Positions 41,814 through 52,914 of a stretch of DNA of 64,000 nt are shown here, one piece after another. The notes below the pieces were generated by a model. The model saw only the letters and a program-made list of their open reading frames with translations. It ran no database searches and was not told the DNA's origin. The stretch is from Limosilactobacillus sp. (GTDB lineage Bacteria; Bacillota; Bacilli; Lactobacillales; Lactobacillaceae). The translations under genes were made by a program, and so were the position numbers. Each line of letters begins with the position of its first letter. Within the stretch, counting starts at the first letter, position 1. The DNA is taken from the NCBI RefSeq assembly GCF_041859915.1, contig NZ_JBFLGB010000002.1, positions 2,097-66,096 of the forward strand. Reading direction: 5' to 3'.

Positions 41814-41948
41814 ATGAAGCGCACGTTTCAACCAAAGAAGCGTCACCGTGCACGTGTCCATGGCTTCCGTAAGCGTATGAGCACCAGTAACGGCCGTAAG
41901 GTATTAGCACGTCGGCGTCAAAAGGGCAGAAAAGTATTATCTGCATAA
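41814..41948 (+). CDS. rpmH: 50S ribosomal protein L34
   Basis: Manual translation [44 protein letters not shown]; SD AGGAGG. Confidence 0.97.
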   Translation: MKRTFQPKKRHRARVHGFRKRMSTSNGRKVLARRRQKGRKVLSA

Positions 41949-42072
41949 CCACACGGCCACTGTTCCAGTGGCTTTTTTTATTGTGATCGGGCAGGGCAAA
42001 CCGCGGATTCAATTCGGTAGTTGATTGCCCTGCCCCTTTTTCATATTTTAAGGTAAGGCAAGGATTATAACT

Positions 42073-42417
42073 ATGAGAAAATCATACCGAGTAAAAAAGG
42101 AAAGCGAGTTTCAGCGTGTTTTTGAAACTCATAATTCTGTCGCCAACCGTAAGTTTATTATTTATCAAATGGCCAAACCGGGTCAGAAGCATTTTCGGGT
42201 TGGAATTTCGGTCGGTAAGAAAATTGGTAATGCAGTTCACCGGAATTGGGTAAAGCGACGGATTCGACAGACTCTGTTGGAATTGAAGCCTGACTTGAAG
42301 CCGGATGTTGACTTCTTGGTGATTGCTCGACCGGCTGCTGACGGCATGGAGATGGCTGAAACCAAAAAGAACTTAGTGCATGTTTTGAAAAAAGCACATT
42401 TATTAAACGAAAAGTGA
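42073..42417 (+). CDS. rnpA: Ribonuclease P protein component
   Basis: [24 protein letters not shown]. Confidence 0.96.
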   Translation: MRKSYRVKKESEFQRVFETHNSVANRKFIIYQMAKPGQKHFRVGISVGKKIGNAVHRNWVKRRIRQTLLELKPDLKPDVDFLVIARPAADGMEMAETKKNLVHVLKKAHLLNEK

Positions 42418-42427
42418 GGAACACGGT

Positions 42428-43261
42428 TTGACAAAAAGAAGAAAAAAGGTCCTGAGTTTGTCGGCAGTGCTGAGCTTAACGGTCCTATTGGCCGCTTGCT
42501 CTAATGCCCCAGTAACTAAGAACAGTACCGGCCTTTGGGATCACTACATTGTATATAATTTCTCTCAGTTCATTATCTGGCTGTCTAACCACATTGGCGG
42601 TTACGGAATGGGGATCATCGTTTTCACCATTATTATCCGGGTATTGTTGTTACCGCTAATGTCCTATCAGACCAAGTCGATGCTTAAGACTCAGGAATTA
42701 ACACCTAAATTAAAAGCTCTCCAAAAAAAGTATTCTTCACGGGATCGAGAATCCATGATGAAGATGCAAGAAGAAACCCGAAAGCTTTATAAGGAAGCTG
42801 GGGTTAATCCGATGGCTTCCATGTTGCCACTTTTAATCCAGCTGCCAATCATGTGGGCCCTTTACCAGGCTATTTGGCGAACTCCAGCACTGAAGCAAGG
42901 GACTTTTCTGTGGATGCAACTAGGACATCCGGATCCCTACTACGTTATGCCGATTTTAGCTGCTCTATTTACTTTTGTTAGTTCATGGTTGTCAATGGCT
43001 TCCATGCCCGAAAAAAATGGCATGACGACTGCGATGACCTGGTTTATGCCAATTATGGTCTTCTTCATGGCTCTTGGCTTTTCATCAGCTATTACCCTTT
43101 ATTGGGTGATCTCTAACGCTTTCCAGGTTATTCAGACATTGCTTTTGCAGAATCCATTTAAGATTCGTCGTGAACGGGAAGCTAAGGAAAAAGCTGAGAA
43201 ACGGCGAAAGCGTAAGTTGGCTAAGGCTAAGCGTCGTGCTTACCAAAGCCGGCGTAAGTAA
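42428..43261 (+). CDS. yidC: Membrane protein insertase YidC
   Basis: Lipobox LAAC; LPLLIQLPI, DPYY and LYWVISN. Confidence 0.95.
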   Translation: MTKRRKKVLSLSAVLSLTVLLAACSNAPVTKNSTGLWDHYIVYNFSQFIIWLSNHIGGYGMGIIVFTIIIRVLLLPLMSYQTKSMLKTQELTPKLKALQKKYSSRDRESMMKMQEETRKLYKEAGVNPMASMLPLLIQLPIMWALYQAIWRTPALKQGTFLWMQLGHPDPYYVMPILAALFTFVSSWLSMASMPEKNGMTTAMTWFMPIMVFFMALGFSSAITLYWVISNAFQVIQTLLLQNPFKIRREREAKEKAEKRRKRKLAKAKRRAYQSRRK

Positions 43262-43404
43262 GATAATTTATTATTTAAAAACGGCTGAGTTAATTCTTGG
43301 CCGTTTTTTGAATTGAGCAAGGAAACACGTCCTTTTGAGGACATGAAGAATTCTTGATGTTAGAATGACAAATGATTAAGTAAATAAAAAGTAAGGGGCG
43401 AGTA

Positions 43405-44211
43405 ATGGTGGTTTATACCGGAAAAACAATCAAAGAAGCAGTTGAAAAAGCCAGTGCTGACTTGGGAGTTGCGAAGGCCCAGTTAAAAGTAACGGTGATT
43501 CAACGGCCACGGCACGGCTTTTTGGGTATTGGTCGACGAGACGCTAAGGTCACGGTTTCGGTTCCGGTAAAGCCAGCTAGTTCACCAAAGCAACCCAAGC
43601 CTAAACAATCATCAAATGTTAAAGCTCAATTGCATCGTCAGAATCATCAATCAACTAGGACAGGGAGTTCAGCTCAACCTAAGGTGCATTCTAAACGCGG
43701 TACTGAAGTTGATCCGGCTGTGATTAGGGCACGTCATGCAGCCAACCTAAAACGGGTGCGAACGGCTGGAAATCAGCTGGTTGATTATCTCCAGAATGTT
43801 TTTAAAGCACTCGGTATAAAAACAACACCGACGATTAAGCGAGTGGCAGCTCATGAAATTACCATTGATATTAAGACGGCTGCTTCTGGTCGGGTCATTG
43901 GTCACCATGGTCGGCGGATCAATGCATTAGAACAGCTTGCCAACGTCTTTATGAACTATCACGGTGCACCCAAGACAGTTGTTTTACTGGATACTTCTAA
44001 TTACCGGGCGCGGCGTCAAAAAGCTCTCCATGAGCTAGCAGAACGCTCTGTAACTGAAGTTGTTGCTAGTGGTCAGGCAGTCTTCTTGGACCCAATGCCG
44101 GCCCGGGAACGTAAACAGTTACACCGAGAATTAGAAGACAACAAACATGTTCGGACCTATTCTCATGGTCGAGAACCCTACCGGAGTGTTGTGATTGCTC
44201 CACGTAATTAA
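43405..44211 (+). CDS. jag: Jag/EloR (KhpB) RNA-binding protein
   Basis: Jag_N (GFLGIG), KH (IGHHGRRINAL) and R3H (ERKQLH). Confidence 0.92.
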   Translation: MVVYTGKTIKEAVEKASADLGVAKAQLKVTVIQRPRHGFLGIGRRDAKVTVSVPVKPASSPKQPKPKQSSNVKAQLHRQNHQSTRTGSSAQPKVHSKRGTEVDPAVIRARHAANLKRVRTAGNQLVDYLQNVFKALGIKTTPTIKRVAAHEITIDIKTAASGRVIGHHGRRINALEQLANVFMNYHGAPKTVVLLDTSNYRARRQKALHELAERSVTEVVASGQAVFLDPMPARERKQLHRELEDNKHVRTYSHGREPYRSVVIAPRN

Positions 44212-44367
44212 GTACTCTTGGTTGACATTCTTTGAGGATGATCTTAGAATATTGACGGTTATAAAATTAAATTAGTTAAAGTAGTGAAAGTGCTTTGACC
44301 ATGGTGACGACAGTGATGTCTTCAGACGTGGAATGGGCACTTTTTTTATTAGAAAGGAGCGAATATC

Positions 44368-45756
44368 GTGGCAAACAGCGAAGCAGATACAATTGCTGCT
44401 ATCTCAACCCCCGTGGGTGAAGGGGGAATTTCAATTGTCCGGATTAGTGGGGATGATGCAATTAAGGTTGCCCAAAAGATTTACCGTGGCAAAGATTTGA
44501 GTAAAGTTGCTAGTCACACCATTAATTATGGGCATATCATTGATCCGGCGACGAAGGAAGAAGTCGACGAAGTGATGGTTTCCGTGATGCGGGCACCGCA
44601 CACCTATACACGGGAAGATGTGATTGAAATTAACTGTCACGGTGGCTTGCTAGCAACCAATCGAATTCTTCAACTGGTTTTAAGCTATGGAGCACGGATG
44701 GCTGAACCGGGTGAGTTTACCAAGCGGGCCTTCTTGAATGGCCGGATCGACCTTTCACAATCCGAAGCGGTCATGGATCTGATTCGGGCGAAGACGGATA
44801 AGTCGATGAAGGTGGCTTTGAACCAACTAGATGGAAACTTATCACGCTTGATTAAGCACTTGCGTAAGGATATTTTGGATGTTTTGGCGCAGGTTGAGGT
44901 TAACATCGACTACCCTGAATATGACGACGTCGAAGAAATGACGACCAAGATGCTAAAGGAGAAGGCAATCGAGATCCAACAACGGATTCAAGCCCTGCTT
45001 AAAACCGCTAAACAGGGGAAAGTCCTACGGGATGGCCTGGCAACGGCAATCATTGGTCGGCCAAATGTTGGAAAGTCTAGCCTGTTGAATGCCCTGCTCC
45101 ACGAAGACAAGGCAATCGTTACTGACGTTGCCGGAACTACCCGGGATGTCATTGAGGAATACGTCAACGTCAATGGAGTTCCGTTAAAGCTAATTGATAC
45201 CGCCGGAATTCGTGATACTAAGAATAAGGTCGAAAAGATTGGGGTGGAACGCAGTCGGCAGGCTCTTGATGCTGCTGATTTGGTTTTGCTATTGATTGAT
45301 AATTCAGCCCCACTGACGGATGAAGATCGAAAACTCTTGGCTACTACTAAGGGAAAACAGCGGATCATCATCTTAAACAAGACTGATCTGCCGAGCAAGC
45401 TTGACCTGGCTGAATTGAAAAAGTTAGTTGGCCAAGATCCATTGATTGAAACTTCAATTGTTAAGCATCAGGGGATGGACCAATTAGGTAAACAAATCAG
45501 TCACATGTTCTTTGACCAAGGAATTGAGAGTAGTCAAAACGATGTCATGGTAACCAATGCTCGTCATATCGGCCTGCTTCACCGGGCCAATGATGCCCTT
45601 AACGATGTCTTGAAGGGCATCAATGAAGGAATGCCGGTCGATCTGGTTCAGATTGATATGACGCGGTGCTGGGACCTTCTCGGTGAGATTACCGGGGATA
45701 GTTATCAGGACGAATTACTTGATCAGCTGTTTAGTCAATTCTGTTTAGGAAAGTAG
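44368..45756 (+). CDS. mnmE: tRNA modification GTPase MnmE
   Basis: [23 protein letters not shown] and FCLGK C-terminus. Confidence 0.97.
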   Translation: MANSEADTIAAISTPVGEGGISIVRISGDDAIKVAQKIYRGKDLSKVASHTINYGHIIDPATKEEVDEVMVSVMRAPHTYTREDVIEINCHGGLLATNRILQLVLSYGARMAEPGEFTKRAFLNGRIDLSQSEAVMDLIRAKTDKSMKVALNQLDGNLSRLIKHLRKDILDVLAQVEVNIDYPEYDDVEEMTTKMLKEKAIEIQQRIQALLKTAKQGKVLRDGLATAIIGRPNVGKSSLLNALLHEDKAIVTDVAGTTRDVIEEYVNVNGVPLKLIDTAGIRDTKNKVEKIGVERSRQALDAADLVLLLIDNSAPLTDEDRKLLATTKGKQRIIILNKTDLPSKLDLAELKKLVGQDPLIETSIVKHQGMDQLGKQISHMFFDQGIESSQNDVMVTNARHIGLLHRANDALNDVLKGINEGMPVDLVQIDMTRCWDLLGEITGDSYQDELLDQLFSQFCLGK

Positions 45757-45766
45757 GAGGAAAATC

Positions 45767-47713
45767 GTGAAGTCTGCAGAATCATTGAAAACTTCTGACG
45801 CCGTTCAGTACGAAGCTGGCAGTTACGATGTGATTGTCGTCGGTGCCGGACATGCCGGTAGTGAAGCGGCCCTAGCTGCTGCCCGGATGGGGAATAAAAC
45901 CTTGCTAATTACCATCAGTTTGGAAATGGTGGCCTTTATGCCATGTAATCCTTCTGTTGGTGGACCGGCCAAGGGAATCGTTGTCCGAGAGATTGATGCC
46001 CTCGGTGGTGAAATGGGCCATAACATTGATAAGACCTATATCCAAATGCGGATGCTTAACACTGGGAAGGGTCCAGCGGTCCGTGCGTTACGGGCTCAGG
46101 CCGATAAGCACGCCTACCACCGCCAAATGAAATTGACGATTGAACGGCAAAAAAACCTAACCCTGCGGCAGGCGACGGTTGACCAGTTAATTGTTGAAGA
46201 CGGTGTCTGCAAGGGTGTCATCACTAATACCGGTGCTCGTTACCATGCCAAGACAGTGGTTCTGACTGTTGGAACCGCCGCCCGGGGCAAGATCATCATT
46301 GGTGAATTGCAGTATCAATCTGGCCCTAATAATTCCAAGTCAGCGGTTAAATTATCAGAAAATTTGGAAGATCTGGGCTTTGACCTGGAACGGTTTAAGA
46401 CTGGAACGCCACCACGGGTTAACGGAAACACGATCAATTTTGATGAAACTGCCGAACAGCCTGGGGACAAGGAACCCCACCACTTTAGTTTCGATACTCC
46501 CGATAGTGCCTATATTTCCGTTACCGACCAATTAGCCTGTTGGTTGACTTACACCAACCCAACGACCCACGGAATTATTCGTGCCAATTTGGATCGGGCA
46601 CCGATGTTCTCCGGGATTATCAAGGGAGTTGGCCCCCGTTATTGCCCGTCAATCGAAGATAAGATTGTTCGCTTTGCTGATAAGTCTCGTCACCAGGTTT
46701 TCTTGGAACCTGAAGGCCGTGACACTGATGAATATTATCTTGACGGGGTTTCTACTTCCATGCCAGAGGAAATCCAAAACAAGATCGTTCATTCCATTAA
46801 GGGATTGGAAAAGGCTGAATTAATGCGGCCAGGCTATGCCATTGAATACGATGTAGTTGCTCCATACCAACTTCATCCAACCTTGGAGACTAAACTGGTT
46901 AAAAACCTTTATACGGCTGGTCAGACTAATGGTTCTTCCGGTTACGAAGAGGCTGCTGGTCAAGGACTAATTGCAGGAATCAATGCTGGCTTGCGGGCCC
47001 AGGGTAAGAAACCATTTGTCTTGAAACGGTCCGATGCCTATATTGGGGTGATGATCGATGACCTGGTAACCAAGGGAACTAAGGAACCTTACCGTCTGTT
47101 GACGAGTCGAGCTGAATACCGCTTGTTGCTGCGACACGATAATGCTGACTTCCGGTTGATGGAAAAGGGTCATGCGGTTGGTTTGGTTAGTGACGAACGT
47201 CTAGCTAAGATGGAAGCTAAGAAGGCCGCCGTAGCTGCTGAAATCAAACGCCTCCGGTCGATTAAATTGAAACCGAATGATGAAGCAGTCAATGCCTTTA
47301 TCGAACAACATGGTGATAACCATCTTAAGGATGGGGTAGCTGCTGCTGACTTACTGAAACGGCCGTACTTTGATTATCAGACCCTGCTGCAATTTATTCC
47401 GGCGCCGGCTGAAAAGTTAGATCGTCACGTGATCGAGCAGGTTGAAATTCAACTTAAGTATGCTGGTTATATTAAAAAAGAAGAAGTCAAGGTTGAACGG
47501 ATGAAGCGAATGGAAGCTAAGCGGATTCCAGATGATATCGACTATGAAGACGTTGATGGCTTGGCTACAGAAGGTCGGCAAAAGTTGGAGAAAATTCGGC
47601 CAGAAACGTTGGCTCAGGCTTCTCGAATCTCCGGTGTTAACCCGGCCGACCTGGCGATCCTGAGCGTTTATATTCGGCAAGGAAAGTTCTCTAAGAAGAA
47701 CGAAAAGAATTAA
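45767..47713 (+). CDS. mnmG: tRNA uridine-5-carboxymethylaminomethyl modification enzyme MnmG
   Basis: [24 protein letters not shown] and GYEEAAGQG. Confidence 0.97.
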   Translation: MKSAESLKTSDAVQYEAGSYDVIVVGAGHAGSEAALAAARMGNKTLLITISLEMVAFMPCNPSVGGPAKGIVVREIDALGGEMGHNIDKTYIQMRMLNTGKGPAVRALRAQADKHAYHRQMKLTIERQKNLTLRQATVDQLIVEDGVCKGVITNTGARYHAKTVVLTVGTAARGKIIIGELQYQSGPNNSKSAVKLSENLEDLGFDLERFKTGTPPRVNGNTINFDETAEQPGDKEPHHFSFDTPDSAYISVTDQLACWLTYTNPTTHGIIRANLDRAPMFSGIIKGVGPRYCPSIEDKIVRFADKSRHQVFLEPEGRDTDEYYLDGVSTSMPEEIQNKIVHSIKGLEKAELMRPGYAIEYDVVAPYQLHPTLETKLVKNLYTAGQTNGSSGYEEAAGQGLIAGINAGLRAQGKKPFVLKRSDAYIGVMIDDLVTKGTKEPYRLLTSRAEYRLLLRHDNADFRLMEKGHAVGLVSDERLAKMEAKKAAVAAEIKRLRSIKLKPNDEAVNAFIEQHGDNHLKDGVAAADLLKRPYFDYQTLLQFIPAPAEKLDRHVIEQVEIQLKYAGYIKKEEVKVERMKRMEAKRIPDDIDYEDVDGLATEGRQKLEKIRPETLAQASRISGVNPADLAILSVYIRQGKFSKKNEKN

Positions 47714-48012
47714 TATTTCCCGGGTAATAAATGTGAGGCTGGGAGAATCCTTATTTTCTTCCAGCCTTTTTTCTGGTTTAAATGGGTTTAGTTTGATTTA
47801 GAAATTAATTGTAACTGTCTTCTTATTTTAGATATTAATAATTATTGGCGGTTGGTTGCTTTCTGAATAATGGGGTAATAAAGGATTAATTAAACTCGGG
47901 TGATAATTCCTGACAAATGATCCGAATATGTTATAATTTAGATTCGAGTTTAATTATGAATTAATAAGGAAATTAGTTATTAAAAATAAAAGGAAAGAAG
48001 AGGAACTTTATA

Positions 48013-49938
48013 ATGTGTGGGATTGTTGCATTTGTTGATAATGAAAAACCACAAATTAAAGATAAGCTAATCAAAAAGATGAAGGAACGGATCATCCACC
48101 GGGGCCCCGATGCGGAGGGACAGTATGTTGATGATCATGTTGCTCTTGGCTTTCGTCGATTAAGTTTCATCGATGTGAAGTCCGGGAACCAACCTATCTT
48201 TAATGAAGATAATTCTAAGGCGATTGAATTCAACGGTGAAATTTACAACTTTGAAGAATTGCGAGCCGAACTGATCAAGGACGGTCACACCTTCAAGACC
48301 CACGCTGATACGGAAGTCATCTTGCATGGTTATGAACAGTGGGGTAAGGACGTAGTTAACAAGCTCCGCGGAATGTTTGCCTTTGTAATTTGGGACCTTA
48401 AAACGCATGAAATGTTTGGTGCCCGGGATCATTTTGGGATCAAACCGCTTTACTATGCTAAGATGAATGGCACTTTCTTCGTGGGTTCTGAAATTAAGGC
48501 TTTCTTGGATCATCCAAACTTTAAGATGGAACTGAACAAGCGAGCTTTAAAGTCTTATATGACTTTCCAGTACAATGTAACTCAGGAAACCTTCTTCAAG
48601 GGGGTTTATCGTCTGCCGGAAGCCCACTACTTCACCTATAAAGATGGCAAATTCGAAATGAAACAGTACTGGGACGAAGACTTTGATCCCAAGAATGAAA
48701 CCTTTGACCAAGCTGTTGATAATATCGATGACGTGGTCAAGAACTCTGTTAAGGCTCATACCTTTGCTGATAAGGGAATCAAGGTTGGCTCCTTCCTGTC
48801 TGCAGGGGTAGACTCCAGCCTGGTGACGGCTTTAATGCGGCCTAATAACACTTTCTCAATTGGTTTTGATAGCGGTTATGACGAAACCAAACAAGCCCGG
48901 GAACTAGCGGCTAAGTTAAAGCTTAAGAACACCGATAAGTTACTAACCGATGAAGAAGCTTTCAAGACCTTCCCATTAATTCAGTACTACCTTGATGAAC
49001 CGGATTCTAACCCGTCCGTAGTGCCGCTTTACTTCTTAAACAAGTTGGCTAAGGACAATGGCTATAAGGCTTTACTGTCTGGTGAAGGAGCCGATGAACT
49101 CTTCGCCGGTTATACGGCATACGGCTTTAACACCAAGATTAAGTTCCTCCGTTGGATTACAGATCAGCTGAAGAAGCTACCGAAGGAAAAGCGTTACAAG
49201 CTTGGTGAATGGCTTGAGGGCAAGCACTTCCATGGTTCTGAACACCTTTATCGGAACCTGGCCCCAGCACGCAAGACCTTCATCGGTCAGGCCTACATTT
49301 TTAGCCCGGCTGAAGCCAACGAATATCTGAAGCCGGAATACCAAGATGGTCCAACGATTACTGACTTACTGAAGCCGCTTTACGATAAGTGTGACGCCAA
49401 GAAACCGGCTATGAACGAGGTGGCTAAGAAACAGTATGTTGACTTACACCGCTTCATGCCTGGTGACATTTGCTTGAAGGCCGATAAGATGAGTATGGCC
49501 AATTCCGTAGAAATCCGGGTACCATTGTTGGATAAGGAAGTTATGAAGGTGGCTGAAACAACCCCAACCGATTACCTCTTTAACTACAGGGGAACTAAAT
49601 GGGCATTTCGGATGGCTGCTAACCGACACTTGCCAGAAGAATGGGCAACCCGACCAAAGCTTGGCTTCCCAACGCCGGTTCGTGAATGGTTACGGGAAAA
49701 GAAGTATTATGAGATTGTCAAGAAAATGTTTAAGCAGGACTTCGTCAAGCAGTTCTTTGACCAAGATAAGCTATTACAATTAGCTGACGATAACTTCAAT
49801 GGCAAGATTGATGGTCGACGGAAGATCTGGACGGTTTATACCTTCCTAGTTTGGTATAAGCTTTACTTCATCGATAAATTTAAACCGGATGAGTCTGGAA
49901 TTGACCAGGCTAAAAAGACAGCTACTGCAAAAGCTTAA
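48013..49938 (+). CDS. asnB: Asparagine synthase (glutamine-hydrolysing) / peptidoglycan amidotransferase
   Basis: N-terminal MCG, HRGPD, FNGEIYN, SAGVDSS and SGEGADELF. Confidence 0.92.
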   Translation: MCGIVAFVDNEKPQIKDKLIKKMKERIIHRGPDAEGQYVDDHVALGFRRLSFIDVKSGNQPIFNEDNSKAIEFNGEIYNFEELRAELIKDGHTFKTHADTEVILHGYEQWGKDVVNKLRGMFAFVIWDLKTHEMFGARDHFGIKPLYYAKMNGTFFVGSEIKAFLDHPNFKMELNKRALKSYMTFQYNVTQETFFKGVYRLPEAHYFTYKDGKFEMKQYWDEDFDPKNETFDQAVDNIDDVVKNSVKAHTFADKGIKVGSFLSAGVDSSLVTALMRPNNTFSIGFDSGYDETKQARELAAKLKLKNTDKLLTDEEAFKTFPLIQYYLDEPDSNPSVVPLYFLNKLAKDNGYKALLSGEGADELFAGYTAYGFNTKIKFLRWITDQLKKLPKEKRYKLGEWLEGKHFHGSEHLYRNLAPARKTFIGQAYIFSPAEANEYLKPEYQDGPTITDLLKPLYDKCDAKKPAMNEVAKKQYVDLHRFMPGDICLKADKMSMANSVEIRVPLLDKEVMKVAETTPTDYLFNYRGTKWAFRMAANRHLPEEWATRPKLGFPTPVREWLREKKYYEIVKKMFKQDFVKQFFDQDKLLQLADDNFNGKIDGRRKIWTVYTFLVWYKLYFIDKFKPDESGIDQAKKTATAKA

Positions 49939-50045
49939 TCTTAGAATAGAAAATCCGCCAGTAAAATGACGGATTTTCTTTTACTAATAGCTTGTAAGCG
50001 GTAACAAAATATGGTATATTATAAGTGTAGAAAAGGTAATGCCTA

Positions 50046-50277
50046 ACGAGGTGATTACAATGGTAAAGATGATTCGAGCAGTAAGGTAAAGTTTCCGTTA
50101 TTGATTTAGAAGAACGGAGTGATACCGATGGGCAGTTTCGTTTAGTTGTTATTTTGATTTCCACTTTACGAGATGAGTATCATGATGAAGATGATTCGGG
50201 CAGTAATTTGAAGCTATTGGATAAACGAACAAGGAAGGTTTGTGATACCAATGGGCTTTGAAATTAATGGTCACTAG
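50046..50277 (+). repeat. ~122-nt degenerate tandem duplication carrying four SD-led micro-ORFs
   Basis: 50046-50084 matches 50168-50206 and 50119-50133 matches 50242-50256. Confidence 0.7.
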
Positions 50278-50349
50278 CATTGAGTTAGGAAGTTAATACC
50301 TCGATCGAACATAATTAGTAATGAGAACATCAAAATTAAAACATTATTC

Positions 50350-50378
50350 AAGCTAGCTTCAATTTGGAGCTAGCTTTT
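50350..50378 (+). terminator. Rho-independent terminator
   Basis: aagctagcttc-aatttg-gagctagctttt. Confidence 0.75.
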
Positions 50379-50491
50379 AATTTTGCCAATAATTGACAAA
50401 TTCATGATGATTCCTTCACTTATATTCACTTTTATCAAAAAAAATGAAATAATAGACATTTAAGAGAAAGTTTAAGAGGAGTCGTTTTAAA

Positions 50492-52042
50492 ATGGAATTG
50501 CATGTTACGCCAGCATTAGCGTTATTACGTGAACATCACTTGTTGGATCACGTCAGCAATTTAACGGATTTTACCGCTACCGCCGTTTCATATGATTCAC
50601 GGCAAGTCAAACCAGGAACCTTGTTTTTCTGTAAAGGCAATTTCTTACCTAAATATCTAGCGATGGCCAAAGAAAAAGGGGCCATTGCCTATGTTGCCGA
50701 GCAAGAATATCCGACGGGTCAAGGATTACCGGCAATTATTGTTAGGGATGAACAAAAAGCCATGGCCTTATTGGGGGCCGCCTTTTACGGATTCCCTCAG
50801 AATGATCTTTTTATTATTGCCATTACAGGAACTAAGGGGAAAACCACTACGGCTTACTTTGCTGACCATATCCTTGACCGGACTACTAAGCGGCGGGTTG
50901 CTCTTTTCTCAACTTTGGACCGGATCCTCGGCCATCGGCCAGAAGATAAATTCAAGTCTGATCTAACGACACCGGAATCACTAGACCTATTCCATGACAT
51001 GCGAGCTGCTGTTAATAACGGGATGACTCACCTAGTGATGGAAGTATCTTCCCAAGCTTACAAGAAGCGCCGGGTCTACGGTTTGAAGTATGATGTTGGG
51101 ATCTTCTTAAACATCACGCCAGACCACATTGGTCGGAATGAGCATCCGACCTTTGCAGATTACCTCCATTGTAAGGAACAATTGTTAGTTAATTCTAAGG
51201 TCTGTGTGATCAATGCGGAAACTCAACATTTTACGGATATCTACTATACGGCTAAGGCAACGACCCAACCAGAAAATATTTATCTTTTTGCCCGTCATGG
51301 GGCCCACGTAAAATTACCGGATAATCGCCAGCTCGATTTTGAATACCGGAATGACCTGGAAAATCTTCATGAGAGTGAATTTCAGTTAGCTGCCATTTCT
51401 GATCATGCCCGGCAGTTAAAGTTGACTGGTCGTTATACCACCAGCGTACCGGGTGATTATAATGAAGGCAATGCGGTCGCGGCAATTATTGCCAGTGGCC
51501 TCGCTGGAGCTAGTGCCAATGATGCTATGGCTACTCTTGACCATGTCCACATTAAGGGTCGGATGGAAATGATTTCTACCAAGGCTCATGGGACAATTTA
51601 TGTTGATTATGCTCATAACTATGCCAGTACCAAACGGCTCTTAGCCTTTCTAGAGCGTCAGACCCATGCTGGCAAGGTGACGGTGGTTCTTGGGTCTGCT
51701 GGGGACAAAGGAATTTCTCGTCGTCCAGGACTGGGTAAGGCCTTGACAGAAGAACACCCCGATCGAATTATTCTAACAACTGATGATCCGGGCTTTGAAG
51801 ATCCACGTAAGATTGCCGAAACGATTGATTCCTATATTGACCATGATCAGGTCGGCACGGTTGACTTCATCATGGATCGGGAAACGGCAATTAAAAATGC
51901 TATTGACCATAGCGTCAAAGATGATATTGTGGTCATAGCTGGTAAGGGTGAGGATCCTTACCAAAAGATTAAGGGAGTCAACGTGCCATACGCATCTGAC
52001 AGCAAGATTGCGCGTGACTATGTTGCCCAAATCGAACAATAA
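50492..52042 (+). CDS. murE: UDP-MurNAc-L-Ala-D-Glu:diamino acid ligase MurE
   Basis: TGTKGKTTT, TTPES, MEVSS, VDYAHN, TDDPG and AGKGED. Confidence 0.92.
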   Translation: MELHVTPALALLREHHLLDHVSNLTDFTATAVSYDSRQVKPGTLFFCKGNFLPKYLAMAKEKGAIAYVAEQEYPTGQGLPAIIVRDEQKAMALLGAAFYGFPQNDLFIIAITGTKGKTTTAYFADHILDRTTKRRVALFSTLDRILGHRPEDKFKSDLTTPESLDLFHDMRAAVNNGMTHLVMEVSSQAYKKRRVYGLKYDVGIFLNITPDHIGRNEHPTFADYLHCKEQLLVNSKVCVINAETQHFTDIYYTAKATTQPENIYLFARHGAHVKLPDNRQLDFEYRNDLENLHESEFQLAAISDHARQLKLTGRYTTSVPGDYNEGNAVAAIIASGLAGASANDAMATLDHVHIKGRMEMISTKAHGTIYVDYAHNYASTKRLLAFLERQTHAGKVTVVLGSAGDKGISRRPGLGKALTEEHPDRIILTTDDPGFEDPRKIAETIDSYIDHDQVGTVDFIMDRETAIKNAIDHSVKDDIVVIAGKGEDPYQKIKGVNVPYASDSKIARDYVAQIEQ

Positions 52043-52060
52043 CAGAGTGAGGCAAAGCGC

Positions 52061-52666
52061 ATGAAATCATTTCGACAAGTGATGAGCTGGGTGGTTCCGA
52101 TTGTTATCGGATTACTGATCGCCCTGCTGATCAAACAATTTTTCTTTCAGATTGTCCGGGTCGATGGACCGTCAATGCAACCTAACTTACAAAACAATGA
52201 ACGGGTTTTCTGCTTAAAGCGATCCCAAATTCGTCACGGGAGCGTCGTAATTTTTAATGCCGATGGAGTTGATCCCCAGGTAGCCATTAAGACGGACTAT
52301 GTTAAGCGGGTCATTGGTTTACCTGGCGATACTGTTCGTTCTAAGAATGGTAATATTTACGTTAACAATAAGGAAATTAACCAAAACTACATTTCGATGA
52401 AGCAACGGGATGCCGGAACCGGTAACTGGGACCTCAAGAGTATTTCTGTTCAGAACAGTTGGCTGAAGCATAATGGTGCAACCAAGGTACCAGCTGGTGA
52501 ATACTTCGTGCTGGGGGATCATCGCAGCGTTTCTAATGATGGCCGTTACTGGGGCTTCGTACCTAAGAGTAAGATTGACGGGGTCGTAAAGGTACCATCA
52601 TGGACCGGAACGACAACAACGCGGCAAAATGTCAATAAAGAATGGCAACATTTCTACAGTAAATAA
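52061..52666 (+). CDS. lepB: Signal peptidase I
   Basis: GPSMQPNL, YVKRVIGLPGD and GDHR..SNDGR. Confidence 0.93.
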   Translation: MKSFRQVMSWVVPIVIGLLIALLIKQFFFQIVRVDGPSMQPNLQNNERVFCLKRSQIRHGSVVIFNADGVDPQVAIKTDYVKRVIGLPGDTVRSKNGNIYVNNKEINQNYISMKQRDAGTGNWDLKSISVQNSWLKHNGATKVPAGEYFVLGDHRSVSNDGRYWGFVPKSKIDGVVKVPSWTGTTTTRQNVNKEWQHFYSK

Positions 52667-52914
52667 GAGCTAAAGAAAGATAAGGCTTTTTCAATTTATA
52701 ATGATGAAAAGTAAAGGCTAGTTTAGTTAGAATAACTAAAATTGTCCTAAAGTTATCGTAAAACTGGTAATTTTAGGACAATTTTTTATATATTATTAAA
52801 CATAGGAGTAAGTATTAATTGTAACAGTATGGTTATACAACTTCGTTAACAATGCAGGAAACAAGTTCACACAGTATAAATTAAAGAGACAATGATGCTT
52901 AAGGAGGTGGTCCC

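Noticed and set aside
41986-42040. Long GC-rich hairpin between rpmH and rnpA as a separate ncRNA
   Set aside because: More simply a second terminator or processing stem in the rpmH-rnpA operon; no own promoter seen
32556-47713. Many 60-150 aa ORFs antisense or out of frame within gyrA, gyrB, dnaN, rnpA, mnmE and mnmG
   Set aside because: Fully overlap conserved housekeeping genes and show no motifs or SD
47714-48012. Absence of rsmG-noc-parA-parB after mnmG
   Set aside because: These genes are commonly located elsewhere in lactobacilli; loss cannot be inferred from one window
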